Assembly (NCBI GenBank): GCA_045642525.1
Contig: JAZUIZ010000039.1
Location: 13,174 to 77,173, forward strand
DNA: 64,000 nt
Source of the DNA: Erysipelotrichaceae bacterium
GTDB lineage: Bacteria; Bacillota_I; Bacilli_A; Erysipelotrichales; Erysipelotrichaceae
Direction of reading: 5' to 3'
Shown here: positions 1 to 9,917 of the stretch, in pieces
Layout of the letters: every line of letters begins with the position of its first letter
Position numbering within the stretch: the first letter of the stretch is position 1
Notes under the pieces: generated by a model
Database searches by the model: none
What the model was told of the DNA's origin: nothing
The model's input: only the letters and a program-made list of their open reading frames with translations
Position numbers and translations under genes: made by a program

Positions 1-3000
1 ATTCCTTTATTATTTAAGATAAAAGATGGAGTAGGAACTTATAAGATTATTGAAACTCTAAAAACTGTATGTGATAAACATCCTTATATAAAGATGAGAT
101 TATCTAATGATGATAAGGGGAATGTTATCGCTAATAGAAATGATAATTTAAATATTAGTGTTAAAGTTACAAGAACAAAAGAAATTAATAAAGTTAAAGA
201 TATCATCAAACCATTTACATTGATGAATTCTCCTTTATATCGTTTTGAAATATTTGAAACAAATAATGGTAACTATCTATTTGTGGATTTCCATCATTTA
301 ATATTTGATGGAACTTCTATGGGTATTTTCTTAAATGACTTTGAATTAGCATTTGAAGAAAAAGAAATAAAAGCAGAAACATATAGTGGATATGAACTTG
401 CTTTGGATGAAAAACAACAAGCTAATAACGGTATTTTAGACAAAGCTAAAGGATACTATGATCAATTATTCTTAGACGCTGAAGTTGATTGTCTTCCAAA
501 TAAGTGCAAAGACGCTATAGATAATGGCGCTGGACCTTCAACAATCAAAGAATCATTAAAGATTGATATTGATTCAGTAAATAAATATTGTAAGAAACAT
601 AACTTTACACAAAATGCTTATTTCAATTCAGTATTTTCTATTGTCTTATCGCATTTTATAAATAGACAACAGGTTGTATATACTACAATCTACAACGGTA
701 GAAATGATTCGAGATTAGCTAATGTAGTTGCAATGTTAGTAAAGACATTACCTGTTGTTGTAAGGTTTGACGATAAGATAACTAGTGATGAACTTGTAGA
801 TTCTGTACAAAAAGAATTATTGAACAATATGACTTATGATTGTATGTCATTTGTGGATATTTCAAATAAATATAATCTTAAATCTGATGTTTTATTTGTT
901 TATCAAGGTGAAAACTTTGGTAAAGAAAAGATTAAGAATAGTGTTATAGAATATTATGATTCTTTAAATGATGAAGCAAAGGCTCCAATAACATTTGAAG
1001 TAAGCATTAATGAAGGCAGATATAATGTTACTCTTAATTATAAAAAAGATATGTTTAATGAAACTATGATGCAATGCTTAATTGATAGTTTTGTTGAATG
1101 TGCTAATAATTTGTGTTCATCAAATAAAGTTAAAGATATTAGTATCTTAGATAATCATTCTAAGACTTTCATTGATAGAATGAATGATACTGATAAACAA
1201 TTTAGAAATATTTCATTAGGTAAATTATTCGAAGAAGTTGCAATTAATAATCCTAATAAAGTTGCACTTATATGTAGAAATGAATCATTGACATATGAAG
1301 AATTAAATTTAAGAGCTAATAGAGTTGCTCATTATTTGATATCATCTGGTGTTAAAAATAATGACATCGTATCTATTGTTTTAGATAGAACTGTAGATTT
1401 AATTGTAGTTGAACTAGGTATATTAAAAGCAGGTGGAGCATTCCTAGCAATGCTTCCAAGCTATCCAGATGATCGTATTGAATATTGTCTAAAAGATTCT
1501 AATTGTAAATATGTAATCACAAGTGATGATATAAAGAGAGAACGTAAGGATTTATTTAATATCAATAATGATTACTTGACTATTACTATTGATGATTTGA
1601 TGAATATTTATGCTTCAAGTAATCCTAATGTTGATATTCATCCAAATGATTTGGCGTATTGTATCTATACATCTGGATCAACTGGCACACCAAAAGGAGT
1701 TATGATTGAACATCATAATGTTTCTAACTTTATTCAAACTGCCGAAATAGTAAACGAAATATATAACGTTCCTGGAGAAGATATAGTTTCAAGCTCATTT
1801 GCATCTGTATCATTTGATATGTCGATATATGAAATTTATTCTTCATTGTGTCATGGCGATACTTTAGTTATGGCAACTGAAGATGAAATCCATAATCCAA
1901 ATTTATTAATTCAATTATTAAATAACTATAAAGTTAACACTATTATATGTACACCAACATTTATCACTAATATGATTGATATTAATGATTTTGCATCTTA
2001 CATGAAAAATGTTAGAACACTTCTTCTTGGTGCAGAAGCATTCCCTAATGGTTTATTTGAGAAGTTAAAAGGATTATCCCCAAATATAAATATATACAAT
2101 GGCTATGGTCCGACTGAATGCACAATTGCTTGTAGTTGTAAGAAATTAAATAGTGGCAACAATATAACTATTGGTGGTCCTGCAAGAAATACTAAGTTTT
2201 ATGTAATTGATAAATATGGAAATATTAATCCACCATACGCTAATGGTGAGTTAATAATTTGTGGCGAATGTGTAGGAAGAGGGTATATTAATCTTCCAGA
2301 AAAGAATAAGTTAGCTTTCTTCTCGTTGAATGGCATCCCTGCATATCATAGTGGCGATATAGTGAGAGTAAATGCTGATGGTGAAATAGAATTCTTTGGT
2401 AGAAATGATAATCAAGTTAAATTAAGAGGATATCGTATTGAATTAGATGAAATTGAAAAGAGCATTTGTTCATATGATGGAATCAACCAAGCAAAAGTTA
2501 TTGTAAGAAACAATGGTTCTGAAGATTATTTGGCTGCATATTTTACTGCTGAAACTACTATTGATATTGAAGATCTTACAAAATATTTAAAAACAAGTTT
2601 AACTTATTACATGGTTCCAAGCGCAATTATGCAACTTGATGTAATGCCACTTAACGCAAGTGGAAAGATTGATAAGAAAGCACTTCCTGAAATAACAATT
2701 CAAAAAAAGGAAAGAATTAAGCGTGCTCCAAAGAGATCTTTAGAAGAACAACTATGTGAAATATTCAAGAACGCTTTGGGCTTAGAAGAATTCTATGTTA
2801 ACGATAATTTCTTCGAAATGGGCGGAACATCTATTTCAGCATCCAAAGTTACAATGCAGTTAATGTCAATGAATATAGATGTTCAATATCAAAATATCTT
2901 TGATAACCCAACACCTGAATTATTAGCTGAATTCATTGAAGGCACTAGAAGAGTTAATGTTATCGATACTAATAACACTAGTGATGATGAAGATTCACCA

Positions 3001-4170
3001 TATAAAGAAATACTGCAATACAATACTTTAGAATATGCAGATAAGTTAAATAGACATGAACTAGGTGATGTTTTCTTGTGCGGTTCAACAGGCTTCTTAG
3101 GCATTCATGTATTAGCTGAATTAATTAATAGTGAAAAAGGACACATTTATTGTCTTGCGAGAAAAGGAAAATATGATTCAGCGTTAGAAAGATTGAAGAA
3201 ACTTGTAATGTATTATTTCGATGATACATTTGATGAAGAATTTGAAAATAGAATCACAATAATAGATGGTGATATTACTGATGACAATTTAGTTGATCTT
3301 ATTAAAGATATTAAATTTGATACAATCATCAACTGTGCTGCTTGTGTTAAACATTATGCTGCTGATGACATTTTGGAAAAGATTAATGTTAGTGGTGTTG
3401 AAAATTTAGTTAATATTGCGCTATCTAGAAATGTTGCAATGACACAAATATCTACAACTTCAATTCCTGGAATGCATAATGAAGAAACATATAGAATTAG
3501 TAAGAAGATGCATGAAAATGAATTATTTGTGGTTGATGATATTGGTAACAAATATATCATTTCTAAATATCATGGTGAATTAAAAGTCTTTGAAGGAATT
3601 AAAAAAGGACTAAGAGGAAAAGTTATTAGAGTTGGAAACTTAATGGGTAGAGCATCTGATGGCGAGTTCCAATTCAACATGAACACAAATGCTTTCTTGA
3701 ATGGATTAAGAGGATTTGCGACTATTGGCAAATGTCCAGTATCACACTCAACTGATAAGATTGGCTTCTCACCAATTGATTTAACTGCTAAAGCGGTAGT
3801 TCTTTTAGCAGGAACTAATGATGAATTCACTGCTTTCAATGCAGATAATAGATATTCTATAGACGAATATCAATTGATTGAATCAATGAATAATTGTGGC
3901 TTGAGTATTGAAAGACTAGAAGACAAAGAATATTACGATGAATATCATCGTCTTCTAGCGGATGAAAAGATTAATTCTAAACTATCTGGTTTGATGACAA
4001 ACGATAGACCTGATTTACATCCTGTTGAAACAGACAATCGTTTTACAGCATCAATACTGTATAGATTAGGTTTCTCTTGGAATATTATTGATAATGATTA
4101 TATTATTAAAGCAATCAACAGTATTAAAACATTAGGCTTCTTTGATTTAGAAGATGATGAGGAAATGTAA
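1..4170 (+). CDS. Non-ribosomal peptide synthetase, terminal C-A-T-R module (5' end cut by window edge)
   Basis: Frame 1 is open from base 1, with no stop before the ATG at 94, so the ORF continues upstream. Condensation motif HHLIFDG (HHxxxDG). Adenylation cores LAYCIYTSGSTGTPKGV, NGYGPTE, YHSGD, GRNDNQVKLRGYRIELDEIE and NASGKIDKKAL. Carrier motif FFEMGGTSISA. C-terminal thioester-reductase fold with GSTGFLGIHV (NAD(P) site) and YIISKYHGE (YxxxK). Confidence 0.9.
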   Translation: MPLLFKIKDGVGTYKIIETLKTVCDKHPYIKMRLSNDDKGNVIANRNDNLNISVKVTRTKEINKVKDIIKPFTLMNSPLYRFEIFETNNGNYLFVDFHHLIFDGTSMGIFLNDFELAFEEKEIKAETYSGYELALDEKQQANNGILDKAKGYYDQLFLDAEVDCLPNKCKDAIDNGAGPSTIKESLKIDIDSVNKYCKKHNFTQNAYFNSVFSIVLSHFINRQQVVYTTIYNGRNDSRLANVVAMLVKTLPVVVRFDDKITSDELVDSVQKELLNNMTYDCMSFVDISNKYNLKSDVLFVYQGENFGKEKIKNSVIEYYDSLNDEAKAPITFEVSINEGRYNVTLNYKKDMFNETMMQCLIDSFVECANNLCSSNKVKDISILDNHSKTFIDRMNDTDKQFRNISLGKLFEEVAINNPNKVALICRNESLTYEELNLRANRVAHYLISSGVKNNDIVSIVLDRTVDLIVVELGILKAGGAFLAMLPSYPDDRIEYCLKDSNCKYVITSDDIKRERKDLFNINNDYLTITIDDLMNIYASSNPNVDIHPNDLAYCIYTSGSTGTPKGVMIEHHNVSNFIQTAEIVNEIYNVPGEDIVSSSFASVSFDMSIYEIYSSLCHGDTLVMATEDEIHNPNLLIQLLNNYKVNTIICTPTFITNMIDINDFASYMKNVRTLLLGAEAFPNGLFEKLKGLSPNINIYNGYGPTECTIACSCKKLNSGNNITIGGPARNTKFYVIDKYGNINPPYANGELIICGECVGRGYINLPEKNKLAFFSLNGIPAYHSGDIVRVNADGEIEFFGRNDNQVKLRGYRIELDEIEKSICSYDGINQAKVIVRNNGSEDYLAAYFTAETTIDIEDLTKYLKTSLTYYMVPSAIMQLDVMPLNASGKIDKKALPEITIQKKERIKRAPKRSLEEQLCEIFKNALGLEEFYVNDNFFEMGGTSISASKVTMQLMSMNIDVQYQNIFDNPTPELLAEFIEGTRRVNVIDTNNTSDDEDSPYKEILQYNTLEYADKLNRHELGDVFLCGSTGFLGIHVLAELINSEKGHIYCLARKGKYDSALERLKKLVMYYFDDTFDEEFENRITIIDGDITDDNLVDLIKDIKFDTIINCAACVKHYAADDILEKINVSGVENLVNIALSRNVAMTQISTTSIPGMHNEETYRISKKMHENELFVVDDIGNKYIISKYHGELKVFEGIKKGLRGKVIRVGNLMGRASDGEFQFNMNTNAFLNGLRGFATIGKCPVSHSTDKIGFSPIDLTAKAVVLLAGTNDEFTAFNADNRYSIDEYQLIESMNNCGLSIERLEDKEYYDEYHRLLADEKINSKLSGLMTNDRPDLHPVETDNRFTASILYRLGFSWNIIDNDYIIKAINSIKTLGFFDLEDDEEM

Positions 4171-5582
4171 TGAACAATAACACTGCATTTAAAGATGTGT
4201 ATGAAGAGAATGAAATAAAAGCCAATTATCTAACATGTGCTATTTTGGGTTTGTTTGCCTTGACAATTTTGTTTTTTTCTATGTTTTATACAGATAGTGT
4301 TGTTGGAGATGTTCCACATCTTCAAACGCTATACATCATTATTATTGTGGTTGCTATTGTATCTGTAATTATTTGCCTTATTTTTAAAGCAAGAGGAAAG
4401 TGGATTAAATATATGTTGTTATGTCAGTTCCTCTTAACAACATCAACATTTTCGTTATTTTCAACTTCAGCAGTAGCAGCATTATTTTCAATTATTCCGC
4501 TATGTTTATCATGTAGATATTATTCAAAAAGCTTCACAATATTTATTGGCCTAATAATTTCTATTACAACAGTCGTAGTATTTACATATTCTGCATATTA
4601 TAACTATGCTAATTCGCCAGATTTAAATTTGGTTGTACTTCCTGAAGGCGTATCAATGACTGTATCTGGTAATTTATTCCGTGCCTTAAAGGGTGTTAAA
4701 TTTGATACCTCTATATATACAGCTAGAATTTTATATTTTACTGTTTTTCCAATTATTATTTTATATGTAGTTATATTAGCAACATGTGTATCTGTTTGTG
4801 ATGCGGGAAAAACAATGATTGATAAACAAAAATTAATTACAGAACAAAATACAAAAATGAATGGTGAATTAGTTTTCGCGTCAATCATTCAAAAGAATAT
4901 GCTTCCATCATCATTTCCGAAAGGTGATAATTATAATACATATGGTTTCACAATGCCTGCAAGACATGTTGGTGGTGATTTTTATGATCTATTTAAAATA
5001 GATGACAATAAGATTGGCATTGTAATCGGCGATGTATCTGATAAGGGTGTTCCAGCAGCTTTGTTTATGGTTGAAACAAAAACTTTAATTAATAACTTTG
5101 CTCGTCATGGTTATCTTCCTCATAATGCATTTTCTGAAATTAATAACACATTATGTAATGGCAATAATGAAAATATGTTTGTTACTGCATTCTTTGGCAT
5201 AATTGATTTAGAAAAGGAAACTCTAACATTTGCAAATGCAGGACATTGTCCTCCGTTGTTGAAAAGAAAAGACGGAAACTTTGAATATTTAAAAGTAGAT
5301 GCAAATTTATTTTTAGCCGGAATGAATGATATAGAATACACAAAACAAGAAATTAAATTTAGTAAAGGTGATAAACTGTTCTTGTATTCTGATGGTGTTA
5401 TTGAAGCTACAAGAGGCGATGATGCTTTATACGGTGAAGAAAGATTATTAAACTTTATCAATACTATTAAAGATAAAGATTTACAATTCATTGCTAATTC
5501 TGTTTTAGATGACATAAGTGTGTTTGTGAATGGTAATGAACAAAACGATGATATTACAATAGCTGAGTTTGAAATAAAGTAA
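4170..5582 (+). CDS. Membrane-bound PP2C-type serine phosphatase (SpoIIE/RsbU family)
   Basis: About 230 aa of hydrophobic multi-TM N-terminus. PP2C motifs follow: GGDFYD, GDVSDKGVPAALFM, AGHCPP, LYSDGVIEA, NDDITIAEF. The ATG overlaps the NRPS stop (TAATG at 4168-4172), with GAGGAA upstream. Confidence 0.85.
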   Translation: MNNNTAFKDVYEENEIKANYLTCAILGLFALTILFFSMFYTDSVVGDVPHLQTLYIIIIVVAIVSVIICLIFKARGKWIKYMLLCQFLLTTSTFSLFSTSAVAALFSIIPLCLSCRYYSKSFTIFIGLIISITTVVVFTYSAYYNYANSPDLNLVVLPEGVSMTVSGNLFRALKGVKFDTSIYTARILYFTVFPIIILYVVILATCVSVCDAGKTMIDKQKLITEQNTKMNGELVFASIIQKNMLPSSFPKGDNYNTYGFTMPARHVGGDFYDLFKIDDNKIGIVIGDVSDKGVPAALFMVETKTLINNFARHGYLPHNAFSEINNTLCNGNNENMFVTAFFGIIDLEKETLTFANAGHCPPLLKRKDGNFEYLKVDANLFLAGMNDIEYTKQEIKFSKGDKLFLYSDGVIEATRGDDALYGEERLLNFINTIKDKDLQFIANSVLDDISVFVNGNEQNDDITIAEFEIK

Positions 5583-5595
5583 AGAGGAGACAAAT

Positions 5596-5901
5596 ATGAA
5601 TATTGAAAAAGTTGTAGATGGTAAAAGAATTACATTAAGAATTGAAGGCAAATTTAATTCTGAATCTGCACAAGAAGTAAGTGCATTCATTGATGATTTG
5701 TCTGAAGACTACGATGAGATTGTTTTTGACTTGAAAAACACTCAATATGTTTCTAGTGCTGGACTAAGAGTAGTCTTAGACATCCACAAAAGAATGTCAG
5801 CTTTAGGCAAACAACTTTTGCTTAACAATGTTGATGAAGGAATAATGGATATTCTAAATGCTACGGGGCTTGCGAAATTCCTTAAATTTGAACAAAAATA
5901 G
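5596..5901 (+). CDS. STAS-domain anti-sigma-factor antagonist (SpoIIAA/RsbV-like)
   Basis: 101 aa. Carries the VSSAGLRVVLD motif with the conserved phosphorylatable Ser context. RBS AAGAGGAGA sits 6 nt upstream; a terminator follows. Confidence 0.8.
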   Translation: MNIEKVVDGKRITLRIEGKFNSESAQEVSAFIDDLSEDYDEIVFDLKNTQYVSSAGLRVVLDIHKRMSALGKQLLLNNVDEGIMDILNATGLAKFLKFEQK

Positions 5902-5930
5902 CATAAAATTACTTAAAAAATGTTGAAAAT

Positions 5931-5961
5931 AGGACAAAATATATGTGTTTTGTCCTTTTTA
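5931..5961 (+). terminator. Intrinsic terminator after the STAS gene
   Basis: Stem AGGACAAAA / TTTTGTCCT followed by a T-run. Confidence 0.75.
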
Positions 5962-5976
5962 ATGCAAAAAAACTTT

Positions 5977-5984
5977 TGTATAAT
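5977..5984 (+). promoter_or_regulatory. Extended -10 element (TGTATAAT) 10 nt upstream of the ATG at 5995
   Basis: TGnTATAAT match directly after a terminator. There is no SD between it and the start codon, which suggests a very short or absent leader. Confidence 0.35.
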
Positions 5985-5994
5985 TTAAATATCT

Positions 5995-6903
5995 ATGAAA
6001 AAGTATTTTACATTACTAATTTGCTTATTCCTTTGCTTAAATTTGACAGGATGTTCTAAAAAGGAATATGTAGTTAGCCTTGGTGATGGACTACCTTCAT
6101 ATTCTTCAACTACTAGGTTTGTTGAAGCAGAATTTGAGACAGCAAATGATAAACAAAAGTATGTTACTAATGCATATTTATACGATGATGGAAATATGTT
6201 AGTTCTTTATCGTTTTCATAATGATGGCAAAACTCTTGAACAAATAATGGAAGATGAAATTAAAAATTATTTTGATAATGGTAATTATGAAATATCTATT
6301 CAAGATAATTGGGAAGTAGATAATGATTTTCATTATGGTTATTTTATGGCGTACCATCCAAATGATTATGATGAACCATATTACACACAAAACTATTATT
6401 TTTTAGATGGTCAAGATGTTGTCCAAGCACAATTTTGGTTGATATCAATTCACATGCCACTTGCAGCAGAAGGATGGACTATTGATCTTCCAATCGGCTA
6501 TGACAATGGAACTTTAATAAAAAGCGAAATAACAGATGATGCTATTGCGAAATTTATTCCAAGAGATAGTGAAGAATATCCAAGTTTAAATATTTATATG
6601 TGGGATTCAGAATATGACAATTATGTTGATTTCGCTGAAGAAGAACTTAGTGAACAATACGAAATGAGAACATACAATATACATAATTTCGTTGATAGAT
6701 TTGGCAATAAACAAAATGTTTTAGTTTCAATATATGACGAAGATGATGAAGGAGAACTTGAAACAAACTACGATATCACAATTAATTGTGGTGAGTATTT
6801 CTTATCATTTGATTTCTTCGTAGATATTGATGATGACTATATCAAATATGCATGTCCTGCAATAGCTTCAAGTATTGCATTTAATAATAATTATGGTGAA
6901 TGA
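5995..6903 (+). CDS. Acidic lipoprotein of unknown function
   Basis: Signal peptide MKKYFTLLICLFLCLNLTGC with an L-T-G-C lipobox. I recognise no catalytic motif. The stop overlaps the next gene's start (ATGA). Confidence 0.7.
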   Translation: MKKYFTLLICLFLCLNLTGCSKKEYVVSLGDGLPSYSSTTRFVEAEFETANDKQKYVTNAYLYDDGNMLVLYRFHNDGKTLEQIMEDEIKNYFDNGNYEISIQDNWEVDNDFHYGYFMAYHPNDYDEPYYTQNYYFLDGQDVVQAQFWLISIHMPLAAEGWTIDLPIGYDNGTLIKSEITDDAIAKFIPRDSEEYPSLNIYMWDSEYDNYVDFAEEELSEQYEMRTYNIHNFVDRFGNKQNVLVSIYDEDDEGELETNYDITINCGEYFLSFDFFVDIDDDYIKYACPAIASSIAFNNNYGE

Positions 6904-7988
6904 TGAAAAAAAGCGCTAACACTAAAGAAAGCACTAGAAGCATATTAAAAAAATATAGAGATTTAAATCTTGGCCGTTTTATTACGAAAAATGAGATTAA
7001 AAGGGCCAAAAATAAAAGATTTATTACTTTTACTATAATTGCATTTATTTTTATCGTTAATGCTGCATTTAATGTTTCATATTATAATGGCGAACAGATT
7101 GGTGTTTATCTTGCGGTAATAATGTCTCTATTTGTAAGTATGTATTCATTAAGATACTCAAAGACATACTTTATTACTGATACAATTGCTGCTGCTGCTA
7201 TGTTTTTTGGCACGATATTCTTGGATGCTCAAGGCGGACTTGTTGGTAATAGCATTTTATGGCTATTTTCTATTCCGTCTTTGATGTTCTTCATTATTGA
7301 ATATAGTGTTGCATTAGGAACTTGTATTGCTTTTATTATTGCAATATTCATATTGTTCTGTACACCAATAAATCAAATATATGTTGGAGTATATACAGAG
7401 AACTTTATGTTGATTTTCTTTATTTCATTCTTACTTGAAACATTAATCACAATATATATTTTCTCTAATATTAGAATTAATGAAATTAAATCAAAATTAT
7501 TAACATATCGTGATGAACTAACGGGTGTTAGTAATCGTGCATATTATAAGTTGGTTGTAAATTATTTAAGAAAACTAGGCTTAACAAATTTGGAAATGAT
7601 TGTTGTTTCATTAGATGTTAATAGATTAAAGACAATTAATGATACATATGGTCATGAATACGGCGATATTTTAATTAAAGCTGCTGCTAAAGCAATCAGT
7701 GATTCTTTTGCGGATGCAGAATTAGTATCTCGTATTGGTGGTGATGAATTTGTAATAATAACATATCAAGATTTTGATTCATTTAAGAAGTCTTATGACA
7801 AGATAGATCAATTATGTCGTAATTTCGTAAATGACAAGATAAAAGAACTAACTATATCTAAAGGTTATGCTCGTTCTAAAGACTATCCATATATTAATCC
7901 TGAAAAACTATATATCATAGCCGATCAAGAAATGTACAAGAGTAAAGCTAACTTCTATAAGGCTACTAATTACGACAGAAGAAAGTAA
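6900..7988 (+). CDS. Membrane diguanylate cyclase (multi-TM N-terminus plus GGDEF domain)
   Basis: About 190 aa of hydrophobic N-terminus, then DELTGVSNR, DVNRLKTINDTYGH and an intact RIGGDEF active site. The position normally holding the RxxD I-site reads ADAE by eye. Confidence 0.85.
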   Translation: MMKKSANTKESTRSILKKYRDLNLGRFITKNEIKRAKNKRFITFTIIAFIFIVNAAFNVSYYNGEQIGVYLAVIMSLFVSMYSLRYSKTYFITDTIAAAAMFFGTIFLDAQGGLVGNSILWLFSIPSLMFFIIEYSVALGTCIAFIIAIFILFCTPINQIYVGVYTENFMLIFFISFLLETLITIYIFSNIRINEIKSKLLTYRDELTGVSNRAYYKLVVNYLRKLGLTNLEMIVVSLDVNRLKTINDTYGHEYGDILIKAAAKAISDSFADAELVSRIGGDEFVIITYQDFDSFKKSYDKIDQLCRNFVNDKIKELTISKGYARSKDYPYINPEKLYIIADQEMYKSKANFYKATNYDRRK

Positions 7989-7997
7989 AGGGGACAT

Positions 7998-9917
7998 ATG
8001 CATTATTTAACTCAAGGTATCGCAATTTTATTAACTATCTTTATCTTAATCATATGGTCTGTTCATAAAAGAACAGGTACTTTTAATGAGTCAGTATTCA
8101 CTTTATTGATATTTGCATGTTTAATTAGTTCAGCATTAGATATAGCTTGTCAATTTGCGATTGCTCCATACCCAATCCAAACTTCTGATTTTAAAATTTT
8201 ATTAACAATAAAAGTTTATTTAGCATCTACAGTATTTTATTTATATGCAATGGGCTTATATGTAGATAGGAAAATATCTACTGTTGATAAAACTAGAAGT
8301 AAAAGCAAATTATGGTTAATAATATGTGCTGTTTGTGGACTTATTATATGTGCTGTTCCAGTTGGTTATAGTTTCCATCCAGATTGTTCAACAATTAGTG
8401 AAATAAGTGGTATCAGTGAATTTATTCAAGCTCCATTTTTACAAATGTTAATAATGGTGCTGATGTGTTCGTTATTGATATTTGTAATATTAATTAATAA
8501 AAAATATCTTATAAAATGGTCGAGATTTGTCTTTGCTGTTTGGATTGCTTTATATGCTTTGTCTTTTGTATTTCAAAGAGCGACGATTGAAGTTTATCAT
8601 TTACCAGTTGTAAGTATAGTTATGGCTGTAGGAATTATGTTTTTATTCCTATGCGAAGAAAACCCTGGAAGCAGTTATAGTTATGACACAAATAGTTTTT
8701 ATTATGAAACACTTAAAAAATATGTTCAAACTGTTATAAGCAAACAATTAAATCAATCTTGCATGATGATTAATATTAGGATTAAAAATCTTGATAATTT
8801 AGAATATGTTAAAAATATTCAAAAAAATTTAATTGATGATAAGAAAAATAAAAATCTAAAATTTTATCAAGGCGTTACAAACGAAATATATGTTGTTTCA
8901 AATAATCCTGAAGAATTAGAATACATTAAAGAATCTGTTAAAAAACAAGTTGCAAAAATAGAAGAAAGTAATATTCAAATAAAACTATTCGTTTCATTAA
9001 TTATTTTCCCTGATGTTAAAGCAGCTAAATCATATAAAACATTAAGATCAATTTTTGATACATATCGTTTGGCTAGCATTAATGAGGCTGATAGTTATTC
9101 TGAAATAATAATTACAGAAGACATCATTGTTGATTATAAAGATACATTTGCAAGAGTTGAACAAATTGATTATGCAATAAAAAAAGGAGATATTTTTGTA
9201 GATTATCAAAATATTATTAACACTATGGACGATGGTGTTTATGTTGAAGCATATGCAAATATTAAATTGGAAGATGGACATATTTTATCGACAAAAGATT
9301 ATTATGAATTGGCGGTAAAGTACAATCTTTTAAAAGAAATTAGAATAGTCAAATTCCAAAATGTTAAAGGAACAATAAATAAGGTTGTTGCGAATAAGAA
9401 CAATAAACTAAAATATGTGTTCTTGCATACAAGCGTTCAAGAACTTGAAATTGAACGTTACTTTGAAGAATATATAAAAGCTTTTGATTATAATGATTTG
9501 ATATTATGCAAAACTTGTGTTGAAATTACAAACATTGATATGATTGCGAACAAAGATGTTCTTTTAAGAAATATTCAGGAACTACAAAAACATGGTGTTA
9601 AATTTGCAATAGCTGGTTTTGGTAAAGGTGAAGCAAACTTAAATTATTTTGTTGATTTGCCAATTGATTTTGTTAAATTTGATGATTCAATGTCAAAGAA
9701 TGCACTAAGTAATAAAAAAGCTTTGAGTATTATAAAAGATATTGCTGATCTTGCTCATTCTTTGAGTTTTGATGTTATTATCGTTGGCGATGATGAAAAG
9801 AATGTATTAGATATTGCTGAAAAATGTGGTGTTTATTTATCAATTGTACAAACAGTTGCTAAATATGATGATGAAACATTTATTAATAAATCTTTGGAAG
9901 GAGGTAACGACAAATAA
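7998..9917 (+). CDS. Membrane protein with degenerate GGDEF-like and degenerate EAL domains
   Basis: N-terminus is paralogous to the next gene. The EAL-domain signatures are mutated: EAY for EAL, AGFGKGE for DDFG, VGDDEK for EGVE, VEITN for E-x-TE. There is no GGDEF motif (GVTNEIYVV at that position). RBS AAGGGGA. Confidence 0.7.
   Translation: MHYLTQGIAILLTIFILIIWSVHKRTGTFNESVFTLLIFACLISSALDIACQFAIAPYPIQTSDFKILLTIKVYLASTVFYLYAMGLYVDRKISTVDKTRSKSKLWLIICAVCGLIICAVPVGYSFHPDCSTISEISGISEFIQAPFLQMLIMVLMCSLLIFVILINKKYLIKWSRFVFAVWIALYALSFVFQRATIEVYHLPVVSIVMAVGIMFLFLCEENPGSSYSYDTNSFYYETLKKYVQTVISKQLNQSCMMINIRIKNLDNLEYVKNIQKNLIDDKKNKNLKFYQGVTNEIYVVSNNPEELEYIKESVKKQVAKIEESNIQIKLFVSLIIFPDVKAAKSYKTLRSIFDTYRLASINEADSYSEIIITEDIIVDYKDTFARVEQIDYAIKKGDIFVDYQNIINTMDDGVYVEAYANIKLEDGHILSTKDYYELAVKYNLLKEIRIVKFQNVKGTINKVVANKNNKLKYVFLHTSVQELEIERYFEEYIKAFDYNDLILCKTCVEITNIDMIANKDVLLRNIQELQKHGVKFAIAGFGKGEANLNYFVDLPIDFVKFDDSMSKNALSNKKALSIIKDIADLAHSLSFDVIIVGDDEKNVLDIAEKCGVYLSIVQTVAKYDDETFINKSLEGGNDK

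Noticed and set aside
2889-3839. Minus-strand ORFs of 68-89 aa inside the NRPS gene. Similar antisense ORFs occur at 4604-4888, 5120-5593, 13840-14208, 14812-15186, 22588-22932, 61714-62067, 62293-62688 and 63340-63744.
   Set aside because: All lie antisense within well-supported genes that have clear domain motifs. They have no SD, and their products are low-complexity S/I/L/F-rich strings, as expected from the reverse complement of AT-rich coding DNA.
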